A DNA stretch of 23,994 nucleotides from Fibrobacteria bacterium (GTDB lineage: Bacteria > Fibrobacterota > Fibrobacteria > UBA11236), in the NCBI GenBank assembly GCA_050486505.1, contig JBJHDK010000039.1:1-23994 (forward strand), in the 5' to 3' direction. Positions 1 through 9,112 of the stretch are shown in pieces. Position 1 is the stretch's first letter. Each line of letters begins with the position of its first letter. Both the position numbers and the translations under genes were made by a program. Below the pieces are notes generated by a model, which saw only the letters and a list, made by a program, of their open reading frames with translations, had not been told where the DNA came from and searched no databases.

Positions 1-1130
1 CCCTTGAGCTGGCCGATGGTTTCGTAGTGCGCGGTGGCATATATGGCGCCCGCGCAGAAGAACAAGGTGATCTTGGCAATGCCGTGGTTGACCATGTGGA
101 AGATCGAACCCGTGAGTCCGTAGTATGACATCACCGACGCGCCCAGCACGATGTAGGACAGGTGCACCACGGTGGAGTACGCCAACCGCTGCTTGAGATT
201 TTCGAGCCGCAGCGCGACCAGCGAGCCGATGAGGATGGTGACGGCGCAGAAGCCCGCGAGGATGAGGCTCCAGGGAACCCCCGAAAGACTCTCCGGGCCG
301 AATACGTAGTGGAGCACGCGCATGCACCCGAACACCCCCGCCTTAACGACCGCCACCGCGTGCAACAGGCCACTCACTGGGGAGGGCGCCACCATCGCCG
401 AGGGCAGCCATGCATGGAAGGGCATGATGGCGGCCTTGATGCCCGTGCCGATGATGCACATCAGAAAGAGCACGCCGAGCGCGCCGGCTCCCGCGGCTCC
501 TTGCACGAACCCGCCCGGCGTGAAGTCGAGCGTGCCGGTGAGCAGCCAGATCCACACCGCGGCGCCGGTGAGCAGCACGCCGCCTGAGAGGGCGTAGACG
601 AGGTACTGGCGCGCCGCGCGGAAGGCGGCGGGGGTTTCCTTGTGCAGCACGAGCGGATAGGTGGCGAGCGTCAGCGCCTCGTAGAAGAGGATGAAGGTCA
701 GCAGGTTCGCGGAGAATGCCACGCCGATGGCGGTGCAGATCGAGGCGGCGAAGCAGGCGTAGTAGCGCGCGCGGTGCTTCAGGTTGTTGGCGCGCACGTA
801 GCCGGTCGAGTACAGCGTGGCGATGACCCAGAGCACCGACGCGAGCAATGCGAAGGTCATTCCCAGGGCGTCGACGCGCAAGGCGATGGAAAGGCCGGGG
901 ATCACCTCCACGAGCACGGCGTCGATGACCTCGCCGCCGCGGGTCCCGGCCCAAAGGGTCAGGGTCGCGACCAACGTGACCAGCGCACCCGCGAAGCTCC
1001 AGGGCTCGGCCCGGCGCGGCATCAGGCCGATGGCGGCGGCGGCGAACAGGGGAGCGAACACGGCGACGGCGGCCCACGTGCTCAGGGTGCCCCAGACGGG
1101 AAGCAGGTCGAGTGTCTCGGCGGCGGGCAC
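1..1130 (-). CDS. mrpD: Monovalent cation/H+ antiporter subunit D family protein (second MrpD-like paralog), 3'-truncated by the window edge
   Basis: Absent from the ORF track because it has no stop in the window. Manual translation from GTG at 1130, preceded by GGAGG: VPAAETLDLLPVWG...GLSIALRVDALGMTFALLASVLW...ANLLTFILFYEALTLATYPLVLH...IGTGIKAAIMPFHAWLPSAMVAPSPVSGLLHAVAVVKAG. These are proton-antiporter (NuoL/M/N, MrpA/D) motifs. It starts 3 nt after the stop of the upstream mrpD. Confidence 0.9.
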   Translation of the reverse strand, partial: MPAAETLDLLPVWGTLSTWAAVAVFAPLFAAAAIGLMPRRAEPWSFAGALVTLVATLTLWAGTRGGEVIDAVLVEVIPGLSIALRVDALGMTFALLASVLWVIATLYSTGYVRANNLKHRARYYACFAASICTAIGVAFSANLLTFILFYEALTLATYPLVLHKETPAAFRAARQYLVYALSGGVLLTGAAVWIWLLTGTLDFTPGGFVQGAAGAGALGVLFLMCIIGTGIKAAIMPFHAWLPSAMVAPSPVSGLLHAVAVVKAGVFGCMRVLHYVFGPESLSGVPWSLILAGFCAVTILIGSLVALRLENLKQRLAYSTVVHLSYIVLGASVMSYYGLTGSIFHMVNHGIAKITLFFCAGAIYATAHYETIGQLK

Positions 1131-1133
1131 GGT

Positions 1134-2609
1134 TTATCCTCCCGCGGACAAAAGTGGAAGGGCGGGCAGCAGAAGCAGCCGCACCACGGGTTCGTTGTAG
1201 ATGCCGAGCAAAACGATGGCGACCGTGAAGACGGCCGCGGCGGCGATCATGGGGGACGGTCCCTCGGTCACGCCTGCATGGTCGGGGTGCTCCGGCGCTT
1301 TTCCGAACATCAGGGGCTCGAGGATACGGAAGACGTAGGCCGCCGTGACCAGTGTGCCCACAACGAGGGCCGCGACGAAGATCCAGCGACCTTGCTCGAA
1401 GGCTTCGAGAAGCACGTACCACTTTCCGTAGAAGCCCGCGAGCGGGGGCAGGCCGATGAGGGAGATTCCGGTGATCGCGAGGATCCCGGTGGTCCAGGGT
1501 GCGCGTCCGCGCAGCGAGCCGAGGCGATCCACCGTGCGCACCCCGAAGCGCGCCAGCGCCGCGCCCGCGGCCAGGAAGAGGGCGGCTTTCATCAGCACGT
1601 CGGCGGCGAGGTGCAGCAAGGCGCCGGTGAGCCCGGCCGCGCCCGCGAGGCCGATGCCGAGGGCGATGATGCCGGTTTGAGAGACGCTGGAGTAGGCGAA
1701 CATGCGCCAGAGATCGCGCTGCACGAAGGCCAGCACGCCGCCTGCGATCACGGCGACCGCGCCCGCCCAGGCGATGACTTCCATCAGGATCGCCATGTCG
1801 GCGAGATGCGCGACGCCGTAAACCCAGAACAGGATGCGCAGCAGCGCGTAGGCTGCGACCTTGGTGACCAGCGGGGCCATCAGGGATGCCGCGGTCGCGG
1901 GCGAGGTCGCGTAGGCGGAAGGCATCCACCCGTGGAGGGGAAACAGGGCCATTTTCACGGCGAGGCCCGCAGCGATGAACACAGCGCCGCTGAGGGCGAG
2001 CGGGCCTTCGGTGAGGCGCCCGGCAAGGTCGGCCATGTTGAGCGTGCCTGTGGCGGCATAGAGGAAGCCCACGCCGGTGAGGTAGAGGGAGGCGCCCAAG
2101 GTTCCGATGATCAGGTAGTTGAAGGCCGCCTTGGCCGCGCCGCGCCGACCGGCGCCGACGAGGGCGTAGGCGCTGAGCGAGGCGACCTCGAGCTGCACGA
2201 AGAGATTGAAGAGGTCGCCGGTGACCACGATGCCGAGGAGCCCGGCGACGAGGAGCATCACGGTGGCGTAAAAGCTGGTTTCACTGCCCGGGACATCGTG
2301 CGTGGTCACGCGTCGCGTTCCCGCGACGACGCCCAGCGCCGTCCATGCGACGAGCACGGCCATGAGCGCGGAGAGCGGGTCGAGTACGAGCTCGATGCCG
2401 ATCGGGGGAGCCCAGCCGCCCAGGTGTGTGTGCAATGATCCGTGCAGGAAGGTTGCGTGCGCGGCGATGACCGAGAGCGCGGCGGTGGCCGCGAGTCCCG
2501 CGAGTGCCGCCCAGCGCGCCGCGCCGCGGATCCACCAGCCCGCGATGGCGGCCACGAGCGCGGCCCCGAAGGGGAGGAGGAAGAGCAGGATCGGATGCAG
2601 GGAGATCAC
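1134..2609 (-). CDS. mrpD: Monovalent cation/H+ antiporter subunit D
   Basis: 491-aa highly hydrophobic ORF with GGWAPPIGIEL, TGDLFNLFVQLEV, TGTLNMADL, KMALFPLHGWMPSAY, AYSSVSQ and GLPPLAGFYGKW. Its GTG start overlaps the mrpC stop (GTGA). Confidence 0.93.
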   Translation of the reverse strand: MISLHPILLFLLPFGAALVAAIAGWWIRGAARWAALAGLAATAALSVIAAHATFLHGSLHTHLGGWAPPIGIELVLDPLSALMAVLVAWTALGVVAGTRRVTTHDVPGSETSFYATVMLLVAGLLGIVVTGDLFNLFVQLEVASLSAYALVGAGRRGAAKAAFNYLIIGTLGASLYLTGVGFLYAATGTLNMADLAGRLTEGPLALSGAVFIAAGLAVKMALFPLHGWMPSAYATSPATAASLMAPLVTKVAAYALLRILFWVYGVAHLADMAILMEVIAWAGAVAVIAGGVLAFVQRDLWRMFAYSSVSQTGIIALGIGLAGAAGLTGALLHLAADVLMKAALFLAAGAALARFGVRTVDRLGSLRGRAPWTTGILAITGISLIGLPPLAGFYGKWYVLLEAFEQGRWIFVAALVVGTLVTAAYVFRILEPLMFGKAPEHPDHAGVTEGPSPMIAAAAVFTVAIVLLGIYNEPVVRLLLLPALPLLSAGG

Positions 2610-2962
2610 CGGGAACTCCCTGCAGAAGGACCTTCACGCAGGGTGCCCCCCTCCGCCTGGATTTTGCGAAGCAGGGCGAGTCCCACGCCCAGGGTGGCCA
2701 CGCCCACCACGATGGCGGTGAGCATGAGGGCCTGCGGCAGCGGGTTGGCGAGCGGCTGCGTGACGTCGTCGCCGAGGATGGGCACGGTGGCGCCCTCATG
2801 CACGCTGAGCAGCACGAAGAAGAAAATGACGGCGGTCTGCACCAGGTACAGGCCGGTCAGGGCCATGTAGAGGTTGCGCTGCGCAAGCAGGAAGTAGACT
2901 CCGGCTGCGAAGGGGATGACGAACAGAAAAAACGGAAGCCGGGGCAGGAGCAACTCGATCAT
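2606..2962 (-). CDS. mrpC: Cation:proton antiporter subunit C
   Basis: 118 aa with three hydrophobic segments and the diagnostic NPLPQALMLTAIVVG motif. ATGA overlap with the upstream gene. Confidence 0.95.
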   Translation of the reverse strand: MIELLLPRLPFFLFVIPFAAGVYFLLAQRNLYMALTGLYLVQTAVIFFFVLLSVHEGATVPILGDDVTQPLANPLPQALMLTAIVVGVATLGVGLALLRKIQAEGGTLREGPSAGSSR

Positions 2963-3435
2963 GCGCGCTCCCCGTGATCGTCTCCGCGCACCGCCGACTC
3001 CGGATCGCGCCTGAGGCTGTAATAGATGGAGACAAGCGCGCCCGCGACCGCGAGGGTGACGCCGACCTCGATGAGCAGGATGCCCAGCGATTGGCGCGCG
3101 GGGATTTCCATGGATCCGAACGGAAGGTGCGCGTAGTCAAGGAAACTTCCGCCGAAGAGCATGGCGACCACGCCGACGCCCGAGAAAATGGCGACGCCGA
3201 TGGCCGACATCGCGATCGCGCCGCGCGGGGAGAGGCGCAGGAACCCCTCGTGACCCGCGATCACCGGGAGAAGGAAGACACTGGCGAGCAGGGTCCCACC
3301 CTGGAACGCGCCGCCGGGGCTGTAGTGCCCGTGCACGATGACGTAGAGCAGAAAGACCTGCAGGCTTGCCAGCAGCGGCCCCATCAGGTTGCGCAGCATC
3401 AGGCTTTCGAACGGTGCTTGGTGCGGGTGCTTCAT
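2959..3435 (-). CDS. mrpB: Na+/H+ antiporter subunit B (MnhB domain)
   Basis: Start reassigned to ATG 3435 (MKHPHQAPFES...), which overlaps the upstream stop (ATGA). Contains HGHYSPGGAFQGG and LLIEVGV. 158 aa; the track's longer N-terminus overlaps another gene. Confidence 0.9.
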   Translation of the reverse strand: MKHPHQAPFESLMLRNLMGPLLASLQVFLLYVIVHGHYSPGGAFQGGTLLASVFLLPVIAGHEGFLRLSPRGAIAMSAIGVAIFSGVGVVAMLFGGSFLDYAHLPFGSMEIPARQSLGILLIEVGVTLAVAGALVSIYYSLRRDPESAVRGDDHGERA

Positions 3436-3980
3436 GCCGCATCCTTTCCGTCGTCGTCGTCGCGTACGCCCAGGATCAGCATGCAGGCCAGCGCGGCGGC
3501 CAGCACGACCACGGTCTCGATGAGCGTGTCGAATCCGCGATAGGAAGCCAGCACCGTGGTGACGGTGTTGGGAGTGTTCATTTCCGCAAGACTGTTCTCG
3601 ATGTAGTGCGGCGACACGTGCACGGTCGGGGGGGCCTGCGGGTCGCCGAACGGAAACAGTGCGAGGATCCCCCACCCGAGGAAAACCGCGACAGCCAGCG
3701 CGACGGCGGCGGATCCAGCCTTTCGCGCGGGCCCTGCCCAGTCGAGTTCGAGCGTGTTGACGCGCCGCAGCAGCATCACCATGAGGATGGTCGAGATGCT
3801 GGCGCCCACCACGGCTTCGGTGAACGACACGTCCACCGCGCCGAGCACGGCGAACCCGAGCGCGAGCAACAAGCTGTAGACCGCCACGAGCAGCATCACG
3901 GCGAAGAGTCCGCGGGCGCGCGCCATGGAAATCACGCTGAAGGCGATCAGGACGCCGATGACGAGCAGGAGGGTGTTCAT
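3432..3980 (-). CDS. DUF4040/MrpA C-terminal-like subunit (split MrpA / 'MrpB1')
   Basis: Start reassigned to ATG 3980 (MNTLLLVIG...). Motifs GAVDVSFTEAVVGA and PNTVTTVLASYRGFDTLIETVV match the C-terminal part of MrpA and MbhD/E-like subunits. 182 aa. Confidence 0.88.
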   Translation of the reverse strand: MNTLLLVIGVLIAFSVISMARARGLFAVMLLVAVYSLLLALGFAVLGAVDVSFTEAVVGASISTILMVMLLRRVNTLELDWAGPARKAGSAAVALAVAVFLGWGILALFPFGDPQAPPTVHVSPHYIENSLAEMNTPNTVTTVLASYRGFDTLIETVVVLAAALACMLILGVRDDDDGKDAA

Positions 3981-4372
3981 GCGCGGCCTTTTCCCTGTCC
4001 GGGGGCATTGGTTGCCGCATCGTTTCCGGAGTCGGGGACGGCGGTCGCCGGTTCCGGCTCGTCGTCGGGCGATCCGATCGTCTCCGGGGCGGCCGAGTAG
4101 CCGGCGCGCAGGGCCGAGGCGGCCAGCAGGTGTCCGACCAGCGGGCTGGTGCCGAAGAGGAAGATCACGCCCAGCACGAGTTTGATGCTGGTCAGTTGCC
4201 AGCCCAGGTGCAGGGCGATCCCCAGCAGTACCAGGGGGACGCCGAGCGTGTCGATCACTCCGGTGATGTGCAGGCGGCAGAACACGTCGGGGAGGCGCAC
4301 GAACCCCACGGCCGCGACGAAGAGAAAAAACACGCCCGCCAGCATGAGGGCGAATGCGAGGACGTCGATCAC
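3977..4372 (-). CDS. mrpG: Monovalent cation/H+ antiporter subunit G
   Basis: 131 aa with GFVRLPDVFCRLH...DTLG and TSPLVGHLL motifs, plus an acidic/Pro-rich tail. GTG start overlaps the mrpF stop. Confidence 0.93.
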   Translation of the reverse strand: MIDVLAFALMLAGVFFLFVAAVGFVRLPDVFCRLHITGVIDTLGVPLVLLGIALHLGWQLTSIKLVLGVIFLFGTSPLVGHLLAASALRAGYSAAPETIGSPDDEPEPATAVPDSGNDAATNAPGQGKGRA

Positions 4373-4647
4373 GTGCGCCCCCCGCGTTCCTTGGGGCGGG
4401 CGTGCCGTGCAACCAGCAGGGTGGTCACGATGTTCAGCAGGAAAAGCGCGAGGGCGAGGTCGACGAACATGTCGACGCGACCGTAGAGAAGCCCCGTCAG
4501 TACCAGCAGCAGCGGGATGATGGAGCCGACGGCATTGAGGCCCTGTACGCGGTCGTAGAGGGTAGGGCCGGCCACAAGGCGCCAGACGTAGGGCACCGTG
4601 AGCAGCATCACGGCGATCGTCAGCAGGAGGAAAAGCCCCCCCGTCAT
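4369..4647 (-). CDS. mrpF: Monovalent cation/H+ antiporter subunit F
   Basis: Start reassigned to ATG 4647 (MTGGLFLLL...). Motifs RLVAGPTLYDRV and FVDLALAL. 92 aa, starting 1 nt after the mrpE stop. Confidence 0.9.
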   Translation of the reverse strand: MTGGLFLLLTIAVMLLTVPYVWRLVAGPTLYDRVQGLNAVGSIIPLLLVLTGLLYGRVDMFVDLALALFLLNIVTTLLVARHARPKERGGRT

Positions 4648-4648
4648 G

Positions 4649-5161
4649 TCAGGAGAAAACCTTCTTGACGCGGCGCGCCATTGTGCCTTCCTCGATGTCC
4701 CGCGAACTGGCACTGTCGAGGGAATGCACGAGCATGGAACCGGGTTCAATCTCGACCGTGAGCGTGCCCGGCGTGAGGGTCACCGCGGACCCGAGCATGG
4801 TCAGGGCGCGCCCTTCGTTCCCGAGCCCGGGGTCGACCCGCAGGAAACGGGGTTCGATCGCGGCCTGCCGCGACAGGGAAACCTTGGCGACACGGAGGTT
4901 GGAGACAACCACCTGCCACAAATGCCAAGGGGCGAACATCAGGAAACGCAGAACGGGGAAGGAGCGATCCGCTCCCCAGGGGAAAACGACGGCTGCAATC
5001 AGGAGCGCGCCCATGGCACCGATGATCATGTATTGGGGGTAAAATCTCCCCGAGAGAAGCAGCCAGATTCCGTAGAGAAACGCCGCCGTCAAGACAAAAC
5101 GGGCCCATTTTTGGGGTGTTCTGCGCGGTGTCGCGCTGCTTTCGGGAGGATTTCCGGGCAT
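4649..5161 (-). CDS. mrpE: Na+/H+ antiporter subunit E
   Basis: Motifs WLLLSG, VVSNLRVAK and SAVTLTPGTLTVE...MLVHSL. Start placed at ATG 5161 (170 aa) because the track's longer ORF crosses the htpX terminator and htpX itself. The start is less certain than the gene identity. Confidence 0.88.
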   Translation of the reverse strand: MPGNPPESSATPRRTPQKWARFVLTAAFLYGIWLLLSGRFYPQYMIIGAMGALLIAAVVFPWGADRSFPVLRFLMFAPWHLWQVVVSNLRVAKVSLSRQAAIEPRFLRVDPGLGNEGRALTMLGSAVTLTPGTLTVEIEPGSMLVHSLDSASSRDIEEGTMARRVKKVFS

Positions 5162-5167
5162 GCGGCG

Positions 5168-5175
5168 CAAAAATA
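5168..5175 (-). promoter_or_regulatory. Putative promoter element TATTTTTG (TAnnTTTG) for the mrp operon
   Basis: Exact match to the Bacteroidota -7 consensus TAnnTTTG, just upstream of the first gene of the operon and downstream of the htpX terminator. Confidence 0.5.
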
Positions 5176-5202
5176 GTGAAATCGGGGCAGCGAGGGGCCA
5201 TG

Positions 5203-5239
5203 AAAAGTGAAAAACGGGCATTCCGGATGCCCGTTTTTC
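5203..5239 (-). terminator. Intrinsic terminator of htpX (potentially bidirectional)
   Basis: Perfect 13-bp inverted repeat GAAAAACGGGCAT (5209-5221) / ATGCCCGTTTTTC (5227-5239). On the minus strand the GC stem is followed by TTTTTCACTTTT. It lies 35 nt after the htpX stop. Confidence 0.8.
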
Positions 5240-5274
5240 GGAATGCGTGCTTGGAGTCCGGAATCGGGAGGAGG

Positions 5275-6171
5275 TCAGTTTCCCTGAAGACGGGCGATCC
5301 GGAGTTCGAGGGGGGGGTGCGTCGACAGCAGCGCGGCGAGCCCGCCCGGCTTTTTGCCCGAGATCTTCAGCGTGTCGAGCGAGGCGTGATCCTCGCGATC
5401 CTGCGGAACGCGGCCGAAGGTTCGCTGGAGAGACTGCAGGGCGGCAACCATTTTTTCCCTGCCGGCAAGTTGCGCGCCCCCCTTGTCTGCGCGGAATTCG
5501 CGCTGGCGCGAGAACCATGAGACAATGATGGAGCCCAACAGGCCAAAGACGATCTGGAACACGATAATCAAGGCGAAGTTCAAGAGATGCGAATCTCCGC
5601 CTCCGCCGCGCCGCAGCGCCGTGCTGACGGCGAAGGCCGCAACGCGGGCGAAGAACATGACGAAGGCGTTGATCACGCCCTGGATCAAGGTCATGGTCAC
5701 CATGTCGCCGTTGGCGATGTGCGCGACCTCGTGACCGAGAACGCCCTCGACTTCATCGCGCCCCATGCGGTTCAGCAGCCCCGTGGAGACGGCGACGAGG
5801 GATCGGCTTTTAGAGGGTCCGGTGGCGAAGGCGTTGACATCGGGGCTGTCGTAAATGCCCACTTCAGGCATGACGGGGAGCCCCGCCTTGCGCGACATCT
5901 CGTGCACGGAGTTGACCAAATCCCGGAATTCTGCCGGGTTGCGCGGATCGATGACCCGGACTCGCATGGTCCACTTCGCCATCATGCGCGAAAGCCCGAG
6001 CGAAATGAATGCGCCGCCCATGCCCCACGCAAGGCAGAAAATCAGCAGCGAGGTGTAATCGATTCCGTGTTCGGAGAGGTACGGCGCGACCCCGAGCAGC
6101 TGCAGGACGATCGTGATCGTCAGCAGGACGAGAATATTGGTCAGGGTGAACAGGAAGATGCGTTTGAACAT
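5275..6171 (-). CDS. htpX: Zinc metalloprotease HtpX (peptidase M48)
   Basis: Start reassigned to ATG 6171 (MFKRIFLF...) with an AAGGAG SD. Motifs NAFATG, HEVAH (HEXXH), NGDMVTMTL, SRQREFRAD and STHPPLELRI. 298 aa. Confidence 0.96.
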   Translation of the reverse strand: MFKRIFLFTLTNILVLLTITIVLQLLGVAPYLSEHGIDYTSLLIFCLAWGMGGAFISLGLSRMMAKWTMRVRVIDPRNPAEFRDLVNSVHEMSRKAGLPVMPEVGIYDSPDVNAFATGPSKSRSLVAVSTGLLNRMGRDEVEGVLGHEVAHIANGDMVTMTLIQGVINAFVMFFARVAAFAVSTALRRGGGGDSHLLNFALIIVFQIVFGLLGSIIVSWFSRQREFRADKGGAQLAGREKMVAALQSLQRTFGRVPQDREDHASLDTLKISGKKPGGLAALLSTHPPLELRIARLQGN

Positions 6172-6321
6172 GGGAGGCTCCTTTGGGAGTGGAAAGTATT
6201 TTTTTGCCGTGCCCGCGCACAGGAAAAAGCCCATGAATCCTTGCCCAATCACGCATCGAGTCGCCTGTCGGCGACCCGCGCCCCCCCGGCTGCCCGCATG
6301 CCCCCGGGCGGGAGCGGGCCG

Positions 6322-6960
6322 ATGAAGCCGCGCCCGCAGCGCCCGAAGCCCGAGCGTCCCTGGTGGCGCGCGCCCATCCGGTACCTGCTCCGGGTGCGAC
6401 CGCGGCCCCGGCACCTTCACGGATCATTCGTGCACAGGGTCTTGGGGTCCCGCCTGTTTCACCCGGCGATCTGGGTTCCCCGCAGGGACACCCTTGCCAG
6501 CGGAGTCGCCATTGGCGTGTTCGCGGGCCTCCTGCCGCTCTACGGGCTCCAGATTTTCGCGTCCGCCCTGCTGTGCCTCGTCCTGAAGGCGAATATCGCC
6601 GGTGCGGCCCTGGCGACCTTGATCAGTAACCCGTTGACCTATGCCGGACTTCTGTGGATGCAGGTGCGACTCGGGGTGTGGATCACGAATATCTTTGTCT
6701 CCGTCGAGCCGGTCGAATACGAAAGTGCCGTGCGCAACTTCGTCGCATTCGGAAAACCCTTGGTCGTGGGCAGCCTTGTTTCCGCGGCCATCGGCGCGAT
6801 GATCGCCTATCCGCTGATGCGCGGACTCTGGGCGTTGGGGGAGGGGATCCTGCGGCGCAGGCGGTATGCGCGCATGCGCAAGCTCAGGCGCCAGCGGCAG
6901 GCAGCCCGCGTGCGCCGTGCCGCCTTGCAGGGTGAGGATCGGCCGGTCAACCCGGCGTGA
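6322..6960 (+). CDS. DUF2062 domain-containing membrane protein
   Basis: ASGVAIGVFAGLLPLYGLQ...KANIAGAALATLISNPLT is the DUF2062 signature, followed by an Arg-rich C-terminus. Start is ATG 6322 or 6298; the track's N-terminal extension is antisense to htpX. Confidence 0.85.
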   Translation: MKPRPQRPKPERPWWRAPIRYLLRVRPRPRHLHGSFVHRVLGSRLFHPAIWVPRRDTLASGVAIGVFAGLLPLYGLQIFASALLCLVLKANIAGAALATLISNPLTYAGLLWMQVRLGVWITNIFVSVEPVEYESAVRNFVAFGKPLVVGSLVSAAIGAMIAYPLMRGLWALGEGILRRRRYARMRKLRRQRQAARVRRAALQGEDRPVNPA

Positions 6961-9112
6961 CCTTTTCTCCGTTCGCATCGCCTTCCCACAGCCGCGGGAC
7001 AGGCGACGGTTCACTGCCCGAAGACTCTTCCAGGAACCACTTCTGCGCGTCGAGCGATCGCCCTTCCCGGCCGGTGAGCACGCGCGCATAGGTGCCGTCG
7101 TGACGCATCCAGCGGGTCGAGGCATCGTCGGCCCAGTACATCGCCATTACGCGCAGTACCCGGTCGCGCAACCCGGCATCGCGCACCGGCGCCAGCACCT
7201 CGACGCGCTCCCGGAGGTTGCGCACCATCCAGTCCCCGCTGCCGATGTAGACGTCTTCATCTCCGCCATTGCGGAAACAGAAAACACGGCTGTGCTCGAG
7301 GAATCTTCCCACGACGCTTTTCACGCGGATGTTTTCCGAGAGGCCGGGAACACCCGGGCGCAGTGAACAGATGCCCCGCACGATCAGTTGAACGCGAACG
7401 CCGTCACGCGAGGCTTCGTACAACGCCTCGATGACCTCCTTGTCGAGCAGGGCGTTGATCTTGACGGCGATGCCGCAGAGACGACCGGCCCGGGCATGTT
7501 CGCGCTCGCGGCGGATGAGGCCGAGCGTTCCCGAGAGGAAGGAGACGGGGGACACCAGGAGCCCCCTGAAGTCGGGGTGTCGTGTGTTGGCCGTCAGATA
7601 GTTGAAAACTTCGGAGAGCCCCCCCGTTATTTCCGGGTCGCTGGTGAACAGCGACATGTCGGTATAGTGGCGGGCGGTTTCGGGATTGTAGTTGCCAGTA
7701 CCAACATGGGCGTAGCGGCGGAATCCATCCTGTTCACGGCGCAGCACCAGCGCGACCTTGCAATGCGTCTTGAGGCCGACCAGGCCATACACGACGGTGC
7801 CGCCGCGCTCCTCGAGCTGCCGTGCCCAGTGGATGTTGCTCTGCTCGTCGAAACGGGCCTTGAGTTCGACGACGACGACGACCTCCTTCCCGCGTTGGGC
7901 GGCCTCCATGAGGGCGTACATGATCGGGCTGCCGGCGTTGGTGCGGTAGAGCGTGGTTTTGATTGCCAGCACTTGAGGGTCGCGGGCGACGGTTTCGATG
8001 AACCGCACTACTGGGTCGAAACTATCGAAAGGGTGATGCAGCAGTACGTCCTGTTCCTGCAGCCGCATGAAGATTTCGCCGGGGTCGGAGAATCCACCCG
8101 GGAGGCGCGGGGCATGCGGAGTGAACTTGAGGTGCGGTAAGGCAACGAGCCCGTACAGGGCGGCGAGCCTGTTGAGGTTGACGGGGTGCCCGGTGCGGAA
8201 GACCAGGCCGGGGTCGAGGTCAAGGTTGCGAATGAGCATCTTGACGAGCCGGGGGCTGGCCTGTTCCTCGATCTCGAGGCGCACCACGTCGCCCTTGCGG
8301 CGATTCCGGATTTCCTCTTCAACGGCTTCCAGGAGGCTGCCCTCCTCGTCTTCGTCATCCTCTTCGTCCACGTAAAGGTTGGAGTTGCGGGTGGCCCGAA
8401 AGGCGACGCACTCCTTGATGGGGTACCCCCTGAAGATTTCGCCCGCGTGCAGGCGCAGGATGTCGGAGATGAAAACGTAGCCGGTGCGGCCATCGGATCG
8501 GATGGGTAGGGCGATGACGCGGGGAAGGCTTCGCGGCACGGTCAGAACGCCGAGCAGATCGCGTCCCCTGCCGGGGGATTTGAGCAGTAGGGCCAGGCAG
8601 AGGCCCTTGTTCAGGATCCAGGGAAACGGGTGGGTGGGATCCACCGTGATGGGAGTGAGAAGGTGGTAAACTTCGCGCCGAAAGTAGTCCCGGCAAAAGG
8701 CGAGATCAGGGACGGTGAGTTCATCCGCAGCTTTGACGTCGACGCCCTCGGTGCGCAGTGCTCCCCTGATGCCGTTCCAGCAGGCGTACTGGTCGCGCAC
8801 CATGAGTTGCGATTCCTTCAGGATGCGCGAAAGCTTGTCGCCGGCATCGAGCTGGGCGATCCCGTCGGTAATGGTTCCGGATTCGATGCGCTGCAGCAGG
8901 GCGGCGACGCGCACCTCGAAGAATTCATCGAGGTTACTGCCCACGATCGCCGTGAATTTGAGCCTTTCAAGGAGGGGCACGGATGGATCCATGGCCTCTT
9001 CCAGAACTCTTCGATTGAAGGCGAGCCAGGAAAGCTCGCGATCGATGAAGACCGCGCTGCCCTCATAGGTCGGGATCGGCGCGCCGTTCACCGCTGTTTT
9101 GTTCGGGTTCAC
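6947..9112 (-). CDS. ppk1: Polyphosphate kinase 1
   Basis: 721 aa with DRELSWLAFNRRVL, SNLDEFFEVRVA, DPTHPFP, LHHPFDSF, ELKARFDE, LKTHCK, HVGTGNYN and RFLEHSR. GTG start overlaps the ppx stop. Confidence 0.97.
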   Translation of the reverse strand: MNPNKTAVNGAPIPTYEGSAVFIDRELSWLAFNRRVLEEAMDPSVPLLERLKFTAIVGSNLDEFFEVRVAALLQRIESGTITDGIAQLDAGDKLSRILKESQLMVRDQYACWNGIRGALRTEGVDVKAADELTVPDLAFCRDYFRREVYHLLTPITVDPTHPFPWILNKGLCLALLLKSPGRGRDLLGVLTVPRSLPRVIALPIRSDGRTGYVFISDILRLHAGEIFRGYPIKECVAFRATRNSNLYVDEEDDEDEEGSLLEAVEEEIRNRRKGDVVRLEIEEQASPRLVKMLIRNLDLDPGLVFRTGHPVNLNRLAALYGLVALPHLKFTPHAPRLPGGFSDPGEIFMRLQEQDVLLHHPFDSFDPVVRFIETVARDPQVLAIKTTLYRTNAGSPIMYALMEAAQRGKEVVVVVELKARFDEQSNIHWARQLEERGGTVVYGLVGLKTHCKVALVLRREQDGFRRYAHVGTGNYNPETARHYTDMSLFTSDPEITGGLSEVFNYLTANTRHPDFRGLLVSPVSFLSGTLGLIRREREHARAGRLCGIAVKINALLDKEVIEALYEASRDGVRVQLIVRGICSLRPGVPGLSENIRVKSVVGRFLEHSRVFCFRNGGDEDVYIGSGDWMVRNLRERVEVLAPVRDAGLRDRVLRVMAMYWADDASTRWMRHDGTYARVLTGREGRSLDAQKWFLEESSGSEPSPVPRLWEGDANGEKVTPG

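Noticed and set aside
343..2438. Long alternative ORFs over the mrpD genes (343..1929 minus, 642..2438 plus)
   Set aside because: Arg/Gly/His-rich shadow frames expected in high-GC coding DNA. They have no family motifs and fully overlap well-supported genes.
8342..8371. Acidic run DEEDDEDEEG in Ppk1
   Set aside because: It lies in a loop that is acidic in most Ppk1 proteins and is only slightly extended here.
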